DNA of 64,000 bases from Phoronis australis (taxonomy: Eukaryota; Animalia; Phoronida). Positions 57,647 through 64,000 of this stretch are shown here, in pieces. A model generated the notes under the pieces. That model made no database searches. It was not told where the DNA came from and worked only from the letters and a program-made list of their open reading frames with translations. How positions within the stretch are numbered: position 1 is the first letter of the stretch; each line of letters starts with the position of its first letter. Made by a program: the position numbers and the translations under genes. The stretch covers positions 62,001 to 126,000 of the forward strand of contig NMRA01000171.1 in NCBI GenBank assembly GCA_002633005.1, in the 5' to 3' direction.

Positions 57647-60600
57647 ATGGAGGTCCAGCAGTCAAATGCACCTTGGAAGGAAGAAGAAATTGGAGCAGTT
57701 ATGAAGCTACCCATTAACAGGGTAATTATACTTTTAATTATAAATATAAGTTGTGAAGCTATCAATTGAAAGAGTAGTCATACCTTTTATTATAAATACA
57801 TCTCTTTATACTATTATACTAAAAGGTGATAATCCTTACCTTGCCTGATCAGTACGTAGCTGTAATTGATTGAATTTCATCCTCTGTGCTTTTGCCCAGT
57901 CTATGTCTTCTCTGGTTAAGATCCTGGATCTCTGCCTAATCTAAGTCTAGCTTTGTTTTGTGATGAAGCACAATTATGGAACAGTGACATGTATTACCAC
58001 ACGTCATTGTTGAAACTAGATATTGATGAATTCACAGTTATTGTCATAATGGCAATCAAATATCCACAAATGACAGACTGTTCTCCAGAACTGAACCAGA
58101 CTCTTTTGAAGTCGTACATGTAAATGCTGTGAAACATGTTTAGTAAGCCCTTCATGTCACCCAGGTTTAACACCCTAATACTTTTATGCTGCAAGATCAT
58201 GTTTGCATGGAGTCTTGATGGAAACTAGGCTTATCTAGGCAGGCATAATTTTAAGTGTGTGGTATCTAATTTTAGGTTTCATAAAGTCTTTTGTTTGAAA
58301 GGAATTTTAGCACGTTCAGCTGTGTAAGTAAGTTGAAAATAATGTATAAGTTAATATTTGTGCTTGAAGTGTCGTTTTGTGCACTGTTTGACGACCAAGT
58401 GGGTTTGTACATACTGTAGTCCTCTAGCGGCCTAAAACATGTTTTGAAAGTCCCTGTTGTGCTCTATGACTTGAGAGAGAAAGTGCATGTATGCAATTTG
58501 ATGTTCGAGCTGCCTCTGTGACCTCTTACAGGTGACTGAAGTGATTGACAGATGTACTCTGGGAGATACGAGGGATTTGGTATCTTTACTCAGTGGAATA
58601 TTTAAAGGTATGTAAGAGTTCAGATTTGTAAATATTTTGGAAACTGGCGTATTTAACAATTCTACTGTCAAACTGTGTTACAACAAACTGTCCTGGGTCC
58701 TTTCTAGAATGTTTTTTGTATCCAAAGTTTGCTCTATCCAAATCCGATTGTATGCTGTACAGCAGGGATATACCCAAGTTTCAAAACCCTGCTCGCCGGC
58801 TGGGCGAGTGAGCCAAAAAATCTACTCGCCCAGTCTGAAGTTCAGTTGCGTCTGTCACCACAAACTTGCGGCCAATGTAAATCAAAACCGTTTTGTGCGT
58901 TGATGTCATCATCTATTAGGGCTACCGTATTGGCCCTAACAAGCGTCCAGGGTACTTAGAAAAATTTGTTTCGAAAGTGTGGGAGGGTGCTTTTTGTAGT
59001 CTAAGGCGGCTGAAACCTGGTCTTTGAAACGAGTGAAATCGGAAGCTAGGATTCATCAAATTTACGCGCTGTGACGTATCTGTAACCTATGACAGATTTT
59101 TCCCAAAACTGTGGTGCATTTCTATCAAACTTTGTTGTTGAATTATGATCTTTTAAAAAAATGTGCTGAAATCCCAGGGTGAAAACTTGCCGACTGATGC
59201 GTTGCTGCCTCGCGATCGTCGATAGTGTAACTTGAATTCTTGAGGAAAAATACAGTTTCAAGTCAACAAATTGCTGAAATCCTCCTTAAGTTTTCCAAAT
59301 AGCATCCCTATGATTTTTTAGTTCCTTTGGAGTCTGGATTAATCACAGATTAAGTCCAAACTGTGCTAAATTGCACGCCGCAACACAAGAAAAATATGGA
59401 GGAACGCACATGTTGTTGTCACGTGACGTTTTGAAGTTAGTCTGCAGGTGTACGCCGAGTGAGCGAGCATGTGCGTGTCATCAGAGTTCATTTGCCAGAG
59501 TAGCAGGCCCACATAATTATTATTATGTAGGCCACAGTGCGCGCTTCTTGGCCACGTGCTCATTAACATTGGTCAAGTTTTGAGTCTGAAAACGAGTGGG
59601 GGGTGCTAAAAGGGGGCATGGGTGCTTATTAGGACGAATGTTATTATTTATAAAATAATTTTGGCTAAAATGGTATTGTACATTACAATAAGAAATCAGT
59701 TTCAAGAAATATGGTATTTCACTTGCCTTGAGCACATGGACCGGTCTTCCACCTTTCCCCCCTTTTCTTTGTTTCAGACTAGTCCACTAATTCCTTTGTG
59801 CATGACCACACACTGTGTTCTGTTGTCTAGCTTGATGAATCGCGTAATGGGCAACATCTACTGAATCGGTAGGATTGCACTGCGCCGATGTTTTTTACTG
59901 CCGGAGCATCGACACGCTGACCAAACTGAACCTTAAATTCATGATAAAAACAGCACAAGGAGGAGAAAATTTATTCATGTTCATCTGGGAAACGATATAG
60001 TGCTTTTGCGCTCTGAAAATTTGCTCGCCACCTGGGCGACCGACTAGTCAACTTCTACTCGCCCAGCACCATTTTTACTGGCATTGGGGACTGGGCGAGT
60101 GGCTAAGTATATCCCTGTGTACAGTTGGCTTGGGATTTTTTGGAACAGAAAATTATGAGCAAGCAAAACTTATAATCCAGGTCTGTTGTAACGTTATTTG
60201 ACTGGATCATTAAATAAATTCAAAAATGTTGTCTAGACTATGCACCTGCAGTTCACCATCTTTTCAAACCTCTTTGTGTTCCAATCCTTTATTATAAAAC
60301 GGTTGTTGACCTCGATATGTTTTCCAGCTTGTCCTACTGATGACTTGGCACTGTGTGTGTTCAAGCACTGCATTGGATTATTGGCCAGTTCAGATCTCCC
60401 TAACAAAGTTGGCTCTCAGCTGAACGGAGTTCTTATGATGCAGGTATAGCTTTAGTTTTTTCATCGATACAAAAAATCTTCCCATGTGCCCTTTTGCTTG
60501 ATTTTTGCTTCAGCAAAGTGTGCAAAAGAAAAGATAACAACTTCGTTGAAGCAGACTTTACTTTACGGTATCATTTATTTTGCATAAAAACAACTGCCGT

Positions 60601-62426
60601 TTTCTGACTTGTATTTTTCATATGCTGACTATTATATTTGAGGTTTGCATTCAAGTTTTGTTTAACACCAGCTATGAGTGCGTGCCAAACTATTTTTGAT
60701 AAATTAATGTAGATGAATTTTCTTGATTTTTATTGAAAATTTTGACAAAGAAAAAATAGAATTACAGTTTACAATAGAGCTTCCTGAAGGCTCTTTCAGA
60801 AATTGCCGATAATTTTTATTATTTGCACAACTTGTATTTACGCTTAAGGTGAATGGAAACCAGTTAGCTTAAAATTGTCTAAATCTTGTATTCCGTTAAG
60901 CTTGAACCTGACGCCTGCTGTTGGTTCCAAAATTTAGGTAGTCAGTGAGTTAAGCTCCCAATGAAGAGATTTGGGTATTGAAACATTGTACTAGCATGTA
61001 CGTTTTTTGTGACTTCGGTATATCAATCGTGACTTAAATAATCCTGACTGTTTTTCAAACAGGCCGATAGCCTTCCAACTGAAAGCCAGATAGCGCTAGT
61101 TTCCCTCTTTGTAACGATGGTGAAGGATGGCTCCGTTGGCAACAGTAGGTGTTTGGAGCTGTTGTCTAAACTTTTGTCCACTGTGACCACCAAAGATTTA
61201 GTGAGCCACGCAGGCAACAGCATATCTGGAAAACAGTATGCCAGTCAGATCCTCAATACGTTGTGTTCGTGCAAGTAAGTCATGTGCTAGTCGTGCACAG
61301 GTCTTGTTTCTTTTTACCGAATATTCTGTCTGGTTATCCAGACTGTTTCAAAGGAATAACTTAATAAATAACTTTACTTAATTCACTGTACACTTGTCAA
61401 TAATAGAATTTTTTTTCACTTTATACTTTTAAGGATGAGGCATTTTTCTTTCTGGTTTCTAGGTATAATGAACTGTCAGCTGTTTTGAAACTCTGAAATC
61501 ATGTCCAGTTTGAGATCATTTTCATAGGGTGAGAGGTCTAAAACAAAAGTTGGTTTTGTGTTGTGAGGTGGGTTTATGGCCGCTGTAATTATCATCTTCA
61601 CAAATAGATTGGGCATTCTCCTGTTTGTAAAATGCTGCACTCTTCAGGTTGGTGTGTTGATATGATTAAAACCTAGAACTCTAGGTGGGCTATTATAACT
61701 ACAACTTCAAGCCAAAACGACCAATAATGTGGCAACACATTATATTCAGCCATTGCTATTGCTACCAGCCATTTGTATTCCCCAATGTCCAAACATAAGT
61801 TTGCATGCGTGTGATTTGTGCTATTCAGATCCCAACCTTGTATGGATCGGATCATTGAGTTGTGAGTTGCAATGTGGGTTGCAGCGCAGTATGAAGTCAT
61901 TGTAAGTAATGTATGAAAATTTGATTTGGTGTACATGTACTTTGTTGCATGGAACGGCAGATAATACCCTCCGTGACAAATTTATGTATCAAAACAACAC
62001 CAAGAGCTGGTAATATTTTATTTTTCATAGAAAGAACTCATAATTTCTTATTTTTTATAAACATAACCGCCCTCAATTGCTTGTCCCCTTCTATATCAAT
62101 TCTAGTGAATCGTTCTTTACTCAAATATTGTGTTTGTTTGTTTTCACTGAATTAAGTTAATAGATAGCATCATGGTTGTCAAGGGGTGTTTGCTGAATCA
62201 GATGCATTTAACATTTACCAGGAAATCCAATGCTTGATCTCTCCATTGCATGTGTTATAGATGGTCTCCACAGTCTGTTATCCATCTTGTGGCTACGTTC
62301 CGTGATATCAGCATGTCTAATGATGAGCTCGGTTTTGTTGTTAACAAGGCGGTCAGATCGTTCAAGACGCTAGACTATACAGAGCTGCCACCTGTTGTCT
62401 ACCAGCTGTTACTGTTGTCAACAAAG
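57647..62426 (+). CDS. FANCI: Fanconi anemia group I protein, N-terminal exons (gene continues beyond the window)
   Basis: Exons 57647-57721 (putative start, less certain), 58532-58607 (…LLSGIFK), 60328-60443 (…CIGLLASSDL…GVLMMQ), 61063-61274 (…CLELLSKLL…SGKQYASQILNTLCSCK) and 62261-62426 (WSPQSVIHLVATFRDI…ELGFVVNKA…ELPPVVYQLLLLSTK). Phases are consistent and match FANCI LINTLCSGRW…EVEFVVEKAL…EIPPLVYQLLVLSSK. Confidence 0.9.
58763..60117. mobile_element. Non-autonomous TIR DNA transposon (hAT-like CAGGG ends), about 1.35 kb
   Basis: TIR CAGGGATATAC…GTATATCCCTG, subterminal CTCGCC/GGCGAG motifs at both ends, flanked by TGTACAG/TGTACAG. Confidence 0.78.
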
Positions 62427-62504
62427 GTATGTACATATAATAAAAGTCTGTAACATATTAATGTATATTATAAGTTCTGAGTATTGTTCTGTAGAAACAA
62501 GAAA

Positions 62505-63312
62505 AACAAGAGAAACCTGAAGCATTGTAATGCACCCGTGACAGCACTGCATACAGTATGCTTCTATGGGTGTCTATCATAGAAATGACCATTAGATGGC
62601 GCAGAACTTGCCAAACACCTCCGAATTGAGACAGTGATGGCGTCTCTGTAATACACAACTATTTGCTAAATTTCATGAAAATAAACCAAGGATCTCCAAA
62701 GATATAGAGGCAAATGTAAAAAATAATTGACACTAGGGGCGGAGCTATAGTTCGATTGGTCTGAAACTCATCGTCACCTGTTTCCATCTCCGTAGGAGCC
62801 CATCTGCCAAATTTCGCAAAGATCCTTCAAAGGATTAAGGAGATGCAGCCGTAGACGCAAAAAAAGCAAATTTGCATCCGAAAATCAATGTCAGCCAGGG
62901 TCTTTGTATCAGAAATACAACTGCTAATTTTCATAAGAATCCTTTGAGTAGTATGGCAGATACAGAGGAAGACGCCAGAAAATAGCTGAAAAAATAAGAA
63001 AAGTGGCGTAAAATCCGTCAAATCCACCGAAAAATAGAATTGTGTATCACCTCCTTATTAAAAACATGTTTGCCAAATTTCATGAAAATCCAACAAGGAA
63101 CTCTGAATATATACAGGCAAACGTAAAGAACTAAAATTGCCACTAGGGGGCACTGCAGTATTTGGATTGATCTGAAACTTGTCATCTGTCGTCACCTGCA
63201 ATGAAATCCTGCAAGGGGTTTAACAGATACAGCACCAGATGACGGATGCCGGACGCCCAGACAGAGATGACAACAGTATGCACCCACATATAAATATGTG
63301 GGCACATAAAAA
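62505..63312 (-). mobile_element. HINE-family element in a FANCI intron
   Basis: Ends in TGCACCCACATATAAATATGTGGGCACATAA (reverse complement of the family 5' end); same internal units. Confidence 0.7.
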
Positions 63313-64000
63313 TTGTGAGTTTTACGAGCATGTTGAGGGCCTTGCTTGCCCATTTTTTTGTCGTAAGTGCAAGCTCACATATTGCGTCTGCAACCCTGGT
63401 CATTGACTTTTCTCGATTTGCAGTTAGTGGAATGTCAAATATAAGTTGTCATTCTCTGTTTTCAATTGGTTGGTTCAATTGTGGATGATCGCCATCCCAC
63501 AATACATTGTAATGTGACTTATTAGTCTATCTGTAAACATTTCAATGATGAAATGCTTGCGTCCACTAAGCAAACTCAGTGGGTGGTTTTACACTGTTGC
63601 TAAAGAGTCATATATTAGTGTACAGAACAAATTGACAAAGGCAGGCAATCGAATTTCGTGCCTTAAAGTGCCATTCCTTTGTATTAATATAGAGGCTCCC
63701 TGTTCAATAAGTTTCTGGCGGAACTCCCATATTTTAATATTAAAATATAGGGGGCCCCATATTTGAGACGGGAAGTTGAATTTCTTGTCTATGTTATTTT
63801 GATAAGAACAAATCGTTTGAAATAATCAGCTGTTCTAGGTTTCATTTAGGTTAAGTTGGCAATTCACACAGTGTCTGGTTCATTCTCTTGTGGCTGTAAA
63901 ACAACCCTGTTGAACTAGAGGATACTTTTTGTGATTTCAAACGATTGCGTTGGATTTCCAAACTGTTTTCTCATCTCTATCAAGATTCCTTTTGTTAACT

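Overview
Eukaryotic (animal, probably invertebrate) genomic DNA, AT-rich, with spliceosomal introns, many non-autonomous transposons and one assembly gap (29816-29979). Six protein-coding genes were assembled by hand from splice sites and protein motifs: two tandem, divergent HSF-type DNA-binding-domain genes (minus, about 9-14 kb); an SRSF10/12-type SR splicing factor (minus, 20.9-26.1 kb, first exon not located) with a clear U12-type AT-AC intron; a 14-exon haspin kinase (plus, 33.35-50.5 kb); an intronless LYRM7 (minus); and the 5' part of FANCI (plus), head-to-head with LYRM7. Also present are a decayed non-LTR retrotransposon, Harbinger-like MITEs, Helentron/DINE-1-like (HINE) elements, a tRNA-derived SINE, a hAT-like element, foldback hairpins and a 54-bp minisatellite. 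The most interesting signals are the U2-type splice signals nested inside the SRSF10 minor intron, the minisatellite supplying an array of AATAAA signals to the SRSF10 3' end, and the two short HSF proteins with a rewritten recognition helix. All identifications come from reading the sequence and remembered family motifs; no database search was run.
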